A DNA stretch of 64,000 bases from Blastocladiella emersonii ATCC 22665. Taxonomy: Eukaryota > Fungi > Blastocladiomycota. Positions 11,518 to 22,666 of this stretch are shown here, in pieces (position 1 is the stretch's first letter; the number at the start of each line of letters is the position of its first letter). The notes under the pieces were generated by a model. It was not told the DNA's origin and made no database searches. It saw nothing but the letters and a program-made list of their open reading frames with translations. The stretch covers positions 1,860,001 to 1,924,000 of the forward strand of contig JANHCV010000001.1 of NCBI GenBank assembly GCA_025594325.1, read 5' to 3'. The translations under genes and the position numbers were made by a program.

Positions 11518-12754
11518 CTACGACACGCCCGCCGTCGACTTGGCCGCCTTGCGCGCGCGGATCTCGCCCTCGAGCGCGTCCAGCTTCGAGTTCCAGTCGA
11601 CGCGCAGTTTCGCGAGCTGCGACTGCACGCGGTCGAGCTCGGCCGGGTCGTCGGGCAGCACCGCGGCCGCCACTGGGAGAGCGTGAGCGTGGATCGCGGA
11701 CCGGCTGCTCGATGGCCGCGACCCCACGGAGCGCGAGCTCGAGGCCATGGCCGCGACCACCTTCTCGCGACTCGCAAACGGGTCCGGGACGGCACCCGCC
11801 GCGTCCGTGGCCGCCGCGGCCGGCGTAGCGGCAAGCGCGAGCGTCGACGTCATGGCCGAGTTGGGCGGGCCCGCGACGTGCGGCGCGGCGGGCGGCGGGC
11901 GCACGTAGACGTGCTTGTGCAGGTGGTAGTGGCGGAACAGCGTCGACAGGAGGTGCGTGTGCACGCGCTTGCCCTGCGCCCGCGACAGCGCCGGCGTGTA
12001 GGTCGGCGGTTGCGGGACCATGGCCGCGAACAGGTGCGAGCGGAAGTGCGCGAGGTCTACGGCGAGGTCGGGGGTCGGGTCGCCTACGGGAGGGGAAAGG
12101 GTTAGTGTGCTGGGGAGATGAGGGGATGAGGGGAGAGAGAACGTACGACGGACGTGGCTGTGGGTCTCGAGCAGGACGAGGACCGCGGCGTGAATCGCGG
12201 GCGCGTCAAAGTCGGCGGCGAAGCACATCCTGGCCGCCGTGGATGTCAGCGAGCGGACCCACGACAGTCTCCATGTACACGTACTCGATGAGTCCGTACG
12301 CGAGCGACGCGACGATCATAGCGCGCTCCGCGCGCTCAACGGCCGCGGCGATCATCGTGTCTGGTACGGCCCCGACGTTGAGCCCAACCTCGGACACGGC
12401 CTGGGCGAGCCCGCTCGTCGACTTGGCCACGGAACCGGCCGGGGCCACCGCGAGCGTGTTCTCGTGCGCATCGCCGCGGCGCGTCGGGCTCAGGAGGCGG
12501 CCGCCCGGTGCAGTTGGTGCCGTCGCTGGTGGCTCAGCGACCTCGGGCGCGGGCGGGAGGGGCGACGCTGACGCGGCGGCAGTGGCGGGCTCGGGGACCT
12601 TGGTCTTGAACCGCAGCCATCGCGCGACGAGGCTAATGCGCTCGTCCCGGCGCGGAATTGAGAAGAGCAGCCGCAGGTTGGCCTCGGTCAAGTTGGCGAC
12701 GACGCGTGCGCGGAGTCGCTTTTCCTTTTCGGTTCGTGATAGCATGGTTTTCAT
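11518..12754 (-). CDS. CFAP119: Flagellar central-pair C1a protein, CFAP119/CCDC189-like
   Basis: Splicing introns 12230-12284 and 12084-12146 gives YGLIEMCFAADFDAPAIHAAVLVLLETH...FRSHLFAAMVPQPP...STLFRHYHLHKHVY, matching the C1a-32 family pattern; C-terminal coiled coil. Confidence 0.65.
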
Positions 12755-12902
12755 GTGGGTGCCGTGCGAGCTTCGAACAGGTCGCGTCGCGTCTCGAGGT
12801 CGGCCGTGGACGCGACGCGAAAGCACGTGAGGCGTACGAGACGGGATGAATGATCGGCCGACCCGCCGCTCTCATCACCCCGCCCTCCATGCAACCGTAA
12901 CC

Positions 12903-14119
12903 ATGCAATCGACTCGCGGCAAAGGCAAGCTGTCGATTGGCCTGAACCTGCGCGGGCGCAAGGTGACGTGCGCCTTCACCGAGGACGACGCCGAGCCCGA
13001 GTCGACGACGCCCGCCGTCGCTGCTGCGGCCTCGGCCGTCGTCGCCGCGTCTGCCGCGAGCACGGGGAAACCCGCGGGCGCCGCGCACCTCGCGCTCCGC
13101 GGCGCGCACTCGATGGCGGCCAAGAAGGCCGAGGCTCTGCACAGGGCGGCGGTCGAGGAGGACGCGCACGTCTTCGACTACGACGCCGTGTACGACACGA
13201 TGAAGCAGCGGGAGAACTCCGCCAAGGCCGCCAAAAAGGCCGACAAGGGTGCCCGGTACATGGAGAACCTGATCCGCAGCGCCGAGATCCGCAAGCTCGA
13301 CCACATGCGCGCGCAGAACGCCAAGTACCGCATGGAGAGCGCAGCCGACGCGGACGAGTTTGCCGACAAGGAGGCGTTTGTCACGGGCGCGTACAAGGAG
13401 TCGCTCGCGGAGCTCAAGCGCATGGAGGAGGAGCAGGAGCGCAAGGCTGGTATGTTTGACCGCGAGTCTCGTACGCCAGCCGGACACTCACCACACCTTC
13501 GAGTGTAGCTGACGACGCGGCGCGCAACGGCGGCCAGGCCGGCATGTCGGCCTTCTACCGCACGTACCTCGAGCAGACGGACCAGTCGCGCCGCGCGCTC
13601 GAGCCGCTCGTCCCAACCGCTGAACCCACGCCAGCCGACGGCGCCGCGGCCGAGCCCACGTCCGACGAGGCACTCGTCCTCAAGGCCGCCGAAGACGCCG
13701 GCGCCCGCGTCAACGCGTCGGGCGAGATCGTCGACAAGCGCGAGCTGCTCACCGCCGGCCTGAACGTGAAGCGGTCCAAGCCCGCGCCCGCCGCTGCTGC
13801 ATCATCAACTTCCGCCAACGACGCTGCTGCTGCGCGACTCGCCGCGCTCCGCGCCAACCCTGCAGCCGCCGCGGCCCAGGCCAAGGCGCGCGAGCGCGTC
13901 GTCCGCGAGGTCGAGCTGCAGAAACGCAGCATCGACGAGGAGCGCGAGGCCGACGAGGCCAAGCTGCGCGCTAAGCTCGCCAAACGGAACGACGACACGG
14001 CGGTCTCGGACGCCCGCGCGCGGTATCTCGCGCGGAAGGCGGCTGCTGCCGCGGCAGCGGCGGCGGCGGGGCGGGAGGGCGCACCAGCGAGCGAGAGTCC
14101 AGGAACATCGTCAAAGTAA
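12903..14119 (+). CDS. NSRP1: Nuclear speckle splicing regulatory protein 1 (CCDC55/DUF2040)
   Basis: EEDAHVFDYDAVYD, RYMENLIRSAEIRK, EFADKEAFVTGAYK and DARARYLARK motifs. Intron 13450-13508. Confidence 0.88.
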
Positions 14120-14176
14120 ATCATCTAATTGTACACGTGGATGTGGATATCAAAACTGTGCAGTGCAACACGCGCA

Positions 14177-16384
14177 TCACCAACCGACAGGCCCAATCTC
14201 GTCAGCGAGCCACGGCTTGTCCGCGAGATCGCGCTCGTCGCTGCCGGCCGGCATCCCAGCGCGCGCGGCGACGAGCCCGGCCCGCGACGCGCCCGCGCCG
14301 TCGGCCGCCGCGTACCCTTCGCGGACGTGGTACAGCGACGGGTGGAGGATCTTGCCGCCATTCCCGCCCGGGGCCACACCGCCAACATCGGACCCCGTCC
14401 CGCCGACATTCGACCCGAGCCCGCTCCCATCGAGCTCGCTGGTCGTCCGCCTCCGCTGCTGCTGCTGTCGCCAGTGCAGCTCCCAGCGGCGCTCCTCGGC
14501 CTCGGTCCACATGGCGCTGCTGCGGTTGGCGCGGTACGCGTCGACGGGGACCGCGGCGGCCTCGGGGCCCGTGACGGGGCCGACGGCGCCTGGGCGACGG
14601 CCGCGCCACAGACCGACCTCCTCGATGGCCGCGGCCAGGTCGTCGAGGTCCCGCTGCGCCTGGTCGCGGCCCGTGTCGGCGATCACGGCAAGCTCGAACG
14701 GCGAGTCGCTGTGCGTGCCCGCGGACCCGATGCTGTAGCCGTGGACGAGGTGAAACGAGCGCTCGAACGTGTTCACGACGGCCGCGTCCGGGTACAGCGG
14801 CGGGCGCTGCTGCTGCTTGGTCGGCGACAGCGGCGAGGAGGACGGGTCCATGAACTTGACCTGCTTGCTCGGCGCCGTGCCGCTGCGGGTGCGCGACGCC
14901 GACGAGAGGAGCGGGAGCGGCGGGCTGTGAAACCGCGACCCGTCGTTGGCGGCGACCGACGAGGACCCGGGCCCGTTCGAGCTCGACCCCGTCGACGGGC
15001 GCACGGGCATCAGGCGGTCCGAGTAGCACGGGATGACGGCAAGGAACCAGTAGATCACGCCGAGGCTGACGAGCTCGCCGGTGCGCAGCACAAGCTGGAA
15101 GCCCAGCCAGTTGTCAGGGTCGCGGATGTTGGCGAGCGACGGGAACGCGACCGAGATGCGCAGACAGATGTTGACGAGCATGAGCGTGCCCGCGACGAGC
15201 GCGATGCGCGTCGCGCGGCGCTGCTTGGCGAGGATCTCGGGCTTGAGCAGGAACTCGAGCATGGCCTGGCCCGAGTCGTCGCGCGGTTTGAGCGTCGGCG
15301 GCGGCGCCGGGTACCGCTGCGCGCCGTTGGGCCCGGGGACGACCCACGGCGGCGACGCGGTCGGGTCCATGGCGGTGGCGGCGGCGGCGCCGATCCGGCG
15401 GGCCTGGCGCGGGAGCCGCGCCTCGTACAGGCGCGCGAGGATGTAGAAGCCGGCGAGCAGGCCGCCGGTGACGCCGACGTAGCACAGCACGTAGATGACG
15501 GCGAGCGAGCGCAGCGTCGTGTGCACGGACGACCCGACGACGAACCAGAGGACATGCAGCAGGTACATGAGCGCGTTGAGCGCGGCCACGGCGACGTGCA
15601 CCCCGCGGTAGATGCGGTGGATCTCGTCGGGCCCGTCGTCCATGCGCAGGCCGAGCGCCGAGTAGGCGACGTGGTGGGCGAGGTACGACAGGCGGAACCA
15701 GAAGAGCAGGAACAGCGAGAACAGAGAGAAGAGCAGCGAGAAGAAGGACATGAACACGAGGCGCGATCCCGGCGGCGGGCTGCTGTTGAGGTAGCCGTAC
15801 GGCGACGCGGCAAACTGCACGCCGCGGCTCAGGGCCATGACCATGAGCACGGCCAGGGCGACGGGCCGCAGGTGCGAGTACAGCGGGTTGCGCTGCAGCA
15901 GGTGCTGGACCAGCTGGTGCGCGGCGAGCACGCCGAGCGCCGTGAAGGGCGCGCCGACGAGGAACCGCTGCGCGAACAGCCAGGCGGGGTCCATGGCGGC
16001 CGTGCCCCATGCCCCGCAGTTGAGCGATGGTCTACACGGATCGACGAGTTAGACGATGGTCGCGGAAGCGCGTAACCCTCGTGGTGGGACGTACGGCGAC
16101 AGCAGCTGGATGCTGTACTCTCTTGGCGGGGTGCAGTCGCACTCGCCCGTGGCGGGATTGCATCGTCCATCAGGCCCGCAGTTGATAGGGCACGTTAGCA
16201 CCGTGTCCGCGTCACGGCCGTCAGCTTCGGACGACTGGGCCGAGGCAAGGCCACGTGCGCTCGTCACGAACGACAGGATGGCCAGGGCGATACATAAGAG
16301 TAGTAGCGCTTGCTGTCGCCACGGTCCCGCGCGGCGTGTCGGACGTCGTGGTGGGTCGCGCTGCAGCCCAGGTTGCTGATTCAT
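14177..16384 (-). CDS. Signal peptide + EGF-like + 7TM receptor-like protein (paralog A)
   Basis: Exons 16384-16095 and 16031-14177 (intron 16032-16094). CPINCGPDGRCNPATGECDC...NC module, seven hydrophobic segments and a long Ser/Gly-rich tail. Confidence 0.75.
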
Positions 16385-17586
16385 GGCGGGGTATGTCTAT
16401 GGTCTGTCTGCGTCGGACAGGAGGGCGAGGAGGAGGAGCGCAGCAACGGGCATCTGGGGACGGCGGCGACGCGTCGGCGGTTGCCAGCCGCAGATCACGG
16501 ACGGCGAAAGGTCCGGGCCGGGCCGGGTCGGGGGTCGTGCCGTCACACAGCGGAGCGGACACAAGAACAAGGGGGCAAAGGGCAGGGTCGGGTCGGCGTA
16601 GAGGTCCGGTCCGCGGTTGCCGAGCCGTTTTAGGCGCACGTGAAGGGGAGCGGCAGCGGTAATCGGGGCGGCCCGGTGTCAGATCAGCGTGTTTTTCGCG
16701 GTTTCGCGGCCACGGTTAATGAATGAATGGCGCCTTCCCCGCACTCGGTGGATGAGCAGCGGAAGCGGCGGTGACGTCGAGGATCAGGTCGTGCCCGAGT
16801 CGGGTGGGTTGTTGCGGCGAGTGATGGGCGAGGATCGGCGAGAGAGGACCTCGGCGTGACGGAGACTCCCACGACTCCGTGGCCGACGACTCACAAGCGA
16901 GCGGCCGACAAGCGATGGCAGCGACGTGAGTGGCCACGGAGAAGTGGCGCAGGGCCGCGTGGGCCACGCTTGGTCGGGTCGATGGACGAGGCAGGCGAAA
17001 CGTGCTGTGATCGGTGTGGCGCAGCCTTCCAAAAGCGCGACTTGCGCTCAGCGCGTGTGCAAGCGCGGGTGCGAGACACCACGCGACGCCGACGCGCGGT
17101 GAAAAAGCGGACGTAACAAGAAGGCCTGACGCCGACCGCATCACGCTGGGTCGCTTGGCAGCGAACATGCACGCGCGGTCCTCAGCGGTCGGCGAATCCG
17201 CGGCCGCGGTGGCGGCGGCTTAGCGAGATTACGACGCTGGCTGAGGGGCCCCGGACCGCTCCTTCAAGCCGACGCGCCGCTCCGACGTGCTTGTTCCTCG
17301 ACGTCGTCTGCTTCTCTGACGGAAGCTCCACTCGGTGTTTCCGCCCTCCTCTCTCGCCGCCGCTGCGCTCAACTCGACTCCCCCTCAAAACCGCCCGCTT
17401 CCCCGCCCTCCCTCTCCTCCCGTCCTGCATTCCCGATCTCTCAGCGTAGACCGCTAGAACTTGTGTGATAGCAGGACTAGACACTCGCCCACCAACCAAC
17501 CGCTCGCTCGACCAAGTTACCCCCGCGCACCACGCACTACTACCACCACCACGCACTCTCCCCTCCCCTCGCACAACCGACCGACC

Positions 17587-18631
17587 ATGCACTCCGCGTC
17601 CATTGTCGTCCTCCTCGCGCTGGTCGCGCTCGCTCACGGGCACATGATGATGAGCGATCCCGCGCCGTGGCGCTCAAAGTTCAGTCCCGGCCCGAACAAC
17701 GACATCGACTTCTCGTACACGTCGCCGCTCGGCACCTTCCCGTGCAAGGGCTACGCCCCCCAGGCGTCCGTCAAGACGGTCAAGGCCGGCTCGTCGCTGC
17801 CCGTCACGATCCAGGGCGGCGCGCCCCACGGCGGCGGCCACTGCCAGTTCGCCCTCTCGTACGACAACCAGAAGACGTGGGTCGTCCTCGACACCATCAT
17901 CCGCGACTGCATGCGCACCGGCGCTGGACCCTTCACCTTCAACGTGCCCATCCCCGCGAGCGTGCCCGGCGGGAATGCCGCTTTCGCCTTTGCCTGGATC
18001 AACGCCCAAGGTACGCTCATTTCGTATAGAACTCGCCCGGGACGACGCTCACGATTGATTTCCAACAGGTAACCGCGAGTACTACATGAACTGCGCGACC
18101 GTGACCGTGCAGGGCGACGCCGGCGCGGCCCTGACCGGCCCCGAGCTCCTCGTCGCCAACCTGCCGGGCTTCGTCACCATTCCCGAGTTTGGCGGCAACA
18201 ACCCCGACCGCCGCGAACTCTTTGACCAGCGCAAGATCATCACGGTCCGTGGCAACGGCAGCGTCGCGCCCGGCGGTCCTGCTCCGCCTGCTGCCCCCAA
18301 GCCCAAGCCGCCGACGCCCGCTCCTGCGCCCGCGCCACCCGCGCCTGCGCCACCTGCCAACCCGGCCCCGCAGCCTAAGCCTCAGCCACCCGCTAAGCCC
18401 GCGCCCGTCCCTGCTCCTGCCCCGGCGCCCGTCACCCCGCCGCCCACGACGCGTCCGCCCGGCGGCCGCGACCAGAAGGAGGAGTGCACCGACGGCCAGT
18501 TCCGGTGCACCGAGAACGCGACCAAGATCGGCCAGTGCATGTTCGGCAAGTGGATCGACACGCCGGTCGCCCCCGGCACCGCGTGCAAGCTCGGGCCCAA
18601 CAACCTCGCGTTCCTCGGGTTCCCCGAGTAA
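17587..18631 (+). CDS. AA11-type lytic polysaccharide monooxygenase with Pro linker and C-terminal CBM19-like chitin-binding module
   Basis: Signal peptide followed directly by His (ALAHG|HMMMSDPAP); APHGGGHCQFALSYD and WINAQ|GNREYYMNCA motifs; Cys/Trp C-terminal module. Intron 18011-18068. Confidence 0.85.
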
Positions 18632-18975
18632 ACTACTCGTGTGTCGCTCGCCGAGGGCTGCGAGGAAGTGGGCATCGCGCTGGCCGCGGACCCGCTTCAC
18701 TCGTTCGTTCCTTGCTCACTTGTTGCATTACCATTCATCCTCATCATTGCATCTATCTCATTCCACTCCATTCATCGTGTCCTAGAACCGGCAATCAATC
18801 AATTCGAAACTCGTTATTTGGTTCAATCTCTCCATCTCGTCCTCGCGAGCGCGCTGGCCATAGTCGCGACCTGCTCTGATCTCGGCCGTGATCCTCTCAG
18901 ACTCTCAGCGACCATCAAGTAGTTGTATCAAGAGTGTCCTATTCGAGCTAAAAACTATACACGTCGTCACACAGT

Positions 18976-21900
18976 CTACGCCTTGGCGGGAGCAGCAGCG
19001 GCGGCCGGCTTCGACTTGGCCTTCTTGGCGGCCGCTTTCCGGTCCTCCTTCTCCTTGGCCTTGATCGCGGCCTTCTTGTCGGCCCACGCCTCGGCCTCGG
19101 CCTTGACGAACTTGAGCGGCTTGATGACGACACCGGCGGCCTTGGTGACCTTGGGCGCCGTGAGCGACGACAGCGTGTCGCCCGTCACCCACTCCTTGCC
19201 GATGGTCTGGCGCATGGCGGCCTGGTACTGCTCCATGGTCTGGTACGGGTGCGGCACCGTCTTGGCCATGTACTTGAGCATCTTCTTCTGCCGCTTCTCC
19301 GAGATGATGACGTGCGCCATGCCCGCGTCCTTGCGCTTGTCCTTGTCGACGCCAGCCACCTTCTTGACCACCTTGTTCTTCTTGGGCGCGATCCGCTCGC
19401 CGCCCCACGAGCCCTAGACGCGCGAGCGAACGAGAGCGAGCGTCAGTGACCTCGCCGCACGCCGCGCACACACGCAGCGAGAGAGCGTACCCATCCCGGC
19501 ATCGTGAGATCAATCTCCTTGGCGGCCTCGTCGTTGACGAGCGCCTCCTTCTCCTCCTGGAACTCGCGGACCACGTCGTCGCCGGCGAACGCGAGGCTGA
19601 CGAGCTCCGTCTGCTTGAACGCGACGCGGCGCCCGCCGCGCGCGTTGCCGCCGTCCACGTCGTTGTCGTCGCCCGAGTCGTTGCCGGCGCCGTCGACCAT
19701 CTCGATCATGGCCGAGGGCGCGTCCATGTTGAGCACGGGCTCGGCCTTGCCGGCGGACCCGGCGGCGCGTGCCTCGGCCGTCGCCAGCTGCTTGAGCTGC
19801 TTGCGCTGCAGCTTGCCGAGCTTGGTGTTGTGCGCGGACCGGTCGACCGCGTCCTCGGTGGCGCCCCACGGGTTCGCCGCGCCGTCGTCGGCGGTGGCGG
19901 CCGCGGCCGACATCTCAAAGTCGATGTCGAACGGCGACGCGGTGGCGGCGGCAGCAGCGGGTGCCGCGGGCTTGCCGCCGAGCTTGGCCGGCTTGCCGAC
20001 GATGCGGCGGCCCGACGCCTGCGCGGCCTCGGCCTCCATGGCGTCAAAGTCGTCGCCGCCCTCGCGCAACCGCGCGGCGCGCGCGTCGTCGGCGCGCTGC
20101 ATGAACTTCATGGCGAACAGGCCCTTCTTGGGCTTGTCGTCCTCGTCGTCGCCGTCCTCGTCCATGGCGGCGTGGTGGCCCTCGCCGTCGCTGCCTGCGC
20201 CAGCACCCTCGTCGTCGGACGCGCCGGTGCCGTGGATGCGGCGCTGGAGGTCCTCGGCCTCCTTGATCTTCTCGAGGATCTCCTCGCGGGAGACGGGGTT
20301 GCCGTCGGCGTCGGTGCCGCCGATGCGGGCGAGCATCTGGTTCCACTTGGTCTTGTTGCGTCCCTTCTGGGTCATGCGGGCCTTGACGCGCTGGAGCTCG
20401 AGCTGGATGAGGCGCTCGCGGGCGGCGTCCGGGTCGTTGGCGAGCATCAGCTCCATGTCCTTTTCCTCCTGGCGCAGGCGCTCCTTCTTGAGCACCTTGC
20501 GGAACGACTTGGACTTGATCTTGGCGTGGCGCTTGGCCTTGATCTCCTGGCGGAACGCGAGCTCGCGCATCCACCGCAGCTCCTTTTGCCGCCGCTCCAC
20601 CTCGGCCGCGTCGAGCGCGTTGTCGGGGAGCTCGGCGGGCGCCTCGTTCTCGTTGTACGTGGACTGCCCGACGACCTCGTCGATGGCCATGTCGAGCGCC
20701 GACTCGGGCTTGAAGTCGGCGACGAGCGCGGACGTGGTGGTGGACGCGCGCTCGTCGAGCAGCGGGAAGTCGATGGTGGTCGCGTTGCGGTTGCGGTCGA
20801 CGATGTGGCCCCACTTGTCGACGTCCTGCGCGGCCGAGTCGAAGGCGGCGCGGCGCTCGACGCGCGCCTGCTCGCGCGCGGGCAGCGGCGCGGCCTCGCG
20901 CTTGGACTCGTCGTTGTCCTTGCCGAGACCCTCGGCCTGGCGCTTGACCTTACCGAACTCCTTCTCCTCGGCCAGGGCGCCGACGAGCGTGTTGAGATCG
21001 AGCCGGCCCGACGCCGACCGGTACGGCAGGCTGAACTCGCCCTCCTCGTACGCCTCGGTGCGCTGCTCGGCGACGCGCCGCTTCTTGCGCGCCGGGTCCG
21101 ACGTCGCCGCGTCCTTGCCCGCGAACAGCTTCGAGATCATGTCGCCGAGATCGGCGGGCTCGGCGTCGTCGTCGCTGTCGCTGTCCTCGTCCATGCGGTC
21201 CTCGTCGTCGTCGGACGGGAGCTCCTCGGGGCGGATGAAGGACGAGGACGAGGACGAGGAGGAGGATGACGCGGCGGCGGCCTTGGCCTTCTTGGCCGCT
21301 GGTGGCGCGGCACTGCTGCTGCTGCCGCCGAGCATCTCGGACAGGTCGACAAAGTCCTCGGTGTCGGTCGCGTCCGAGTCGGACTCGGCGCCGGAATCCG
21401 AGTTGTCGCCGACGGACAGGCCGTCCGACTCGGCGCCCGCGTCCGACGCGTCGTCGTCGTCCGAGTCCTTGGCGGACCGCTTGCGCTTGCGGGTGGGCTG
21501 GTTGGGCTACGGGAAAGCATGCGTCAACAACCCGTCCCGATCGGCCGACGCAGGGAACGCGAAACGTACGCCGCCGTAGAAGGTGAAGCCGGCAAACCGC
21601 TCCTCGTCCTCGTCGTCAAACGCCTCGTCCTCGTCAATCTCCTCGTCGTCGGACGACGCGACCGTGTCCATCGAGTACTTGGCGACGCCCGCCTCGCGCG
21701 CGTCCTCGGCGTGGCGCCGGTCGTGGCGGTCGGCCTCGGCCTCGCCGTCGTCGTCCGCGTACACGTTCAGCATGCTGGCGGCCAGGCCGGCGGCGGTGCG
21801 GGGCAGGCTGCCGCCGCGCTTGCCGCCCTTGCCACCGCGCGAAGCGGACGCGTCGGCGTCGGCCTTGTCGCCGAGCGCGAGCGCCGCGTGCACAATGTCC

Positions 21901-22076
21901 GTGTTGGGCCCGGCGCGCTTGCCGCCGCAGCCGCCACCGCTGCCACCACCGCGGCCGCCACGGAAACCACCGCGCGAGCCGCCGCGCGAGCTGCCACCGC
22001 GCGAGCCGCCGCGAGAGAAACCGCCACGCGAGCCGCCGCCGCGGGACGATCCGCCGCGGTTCTGGAAGGGACCCAT
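18976..22076 (-). CDS. UTP14: U3 snoRNP/SSU processome protein Utp14
   Basis: KAKRHAKIKSKSFRK, ERLIQLELQRVKARMTQK, LFAMKFMQRA and spliced MPGW|GSWGG motifs; RGG-rich N-terminus. Introns 21507-21569 and 19414-19490. Confidence 0.93.
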
Positions 22077-22528
22077 GGGTTGATGCGTAGAGTGGGTTGA
22101 GAGGGCGTGAGTCGTAGGCTCCGCGCTCTTCGTGATGACCTTCGTCGTCGTCAACGCGGGACGCGGTTCGAGGTCGCGAGAGGCGAGGAGCGCGAGCGCG
22201 GCGGCGGCCGCGCCTCAACGTCACATGACGCGGCGTGAGCCGGTGCTAGGGGGCCGCCGATGTGCCTCCAAGCGGCCAGAAGCACCCCGATTGCGCGGGA
22301 ACGACTGTTCGGGCGGAACAGCGTCCATCGGTGGGATGTGGCCGTGGAATCGAGCGTGGAGTGGAGGCAAGGCGAAGGCGAAGGCAATCGACGGCGGCGA
22401 CCAGCGTGGCGTGGCGCGGCACTGCCCGAACACTCTCGGCCGTTCGCGTGCCTTCCTCACGCGTCACCGACCACCGAGCGCAAACGCGACAGACACGCGT
22501 TGGCCACGCTCCCGTGCCGGCCCTGCCG

Positions 22529-22534
22529 TATAAG
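22529..22534 (+). promoter_or_regulatory. TATA-like element in the UTP14/HSP104 divergent promoter
   Basis: TATAAG about 135 nt upstream of the HSP104 ATG. Confidence 0.3.
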
Positions 22535-22666
22535 AGGCCCGCTCTCCCCCGGCCTCGACTGCTGCACTCCGCTGAACGCATCAACAACCCGCCAACCCCC
22601 TGCAACGTAACTGAACGCATCGAGACCCTAACACACCATCATCATCACACCGCCATCACCACCAAC

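Noticed and set aside
21900-22060. Repetitive GC-rich tract at the UTP14 5' end
   Set aside because: Explained by the encoded RGG/SRGG low-complexity N-terminus.
22295-22325. GAA...TTC...GAA upstream of HSP104 as a heat-shock element
   Set aside because: Spacings of 6 and 5 nt do not fit contiguous inverted nGAAn units.
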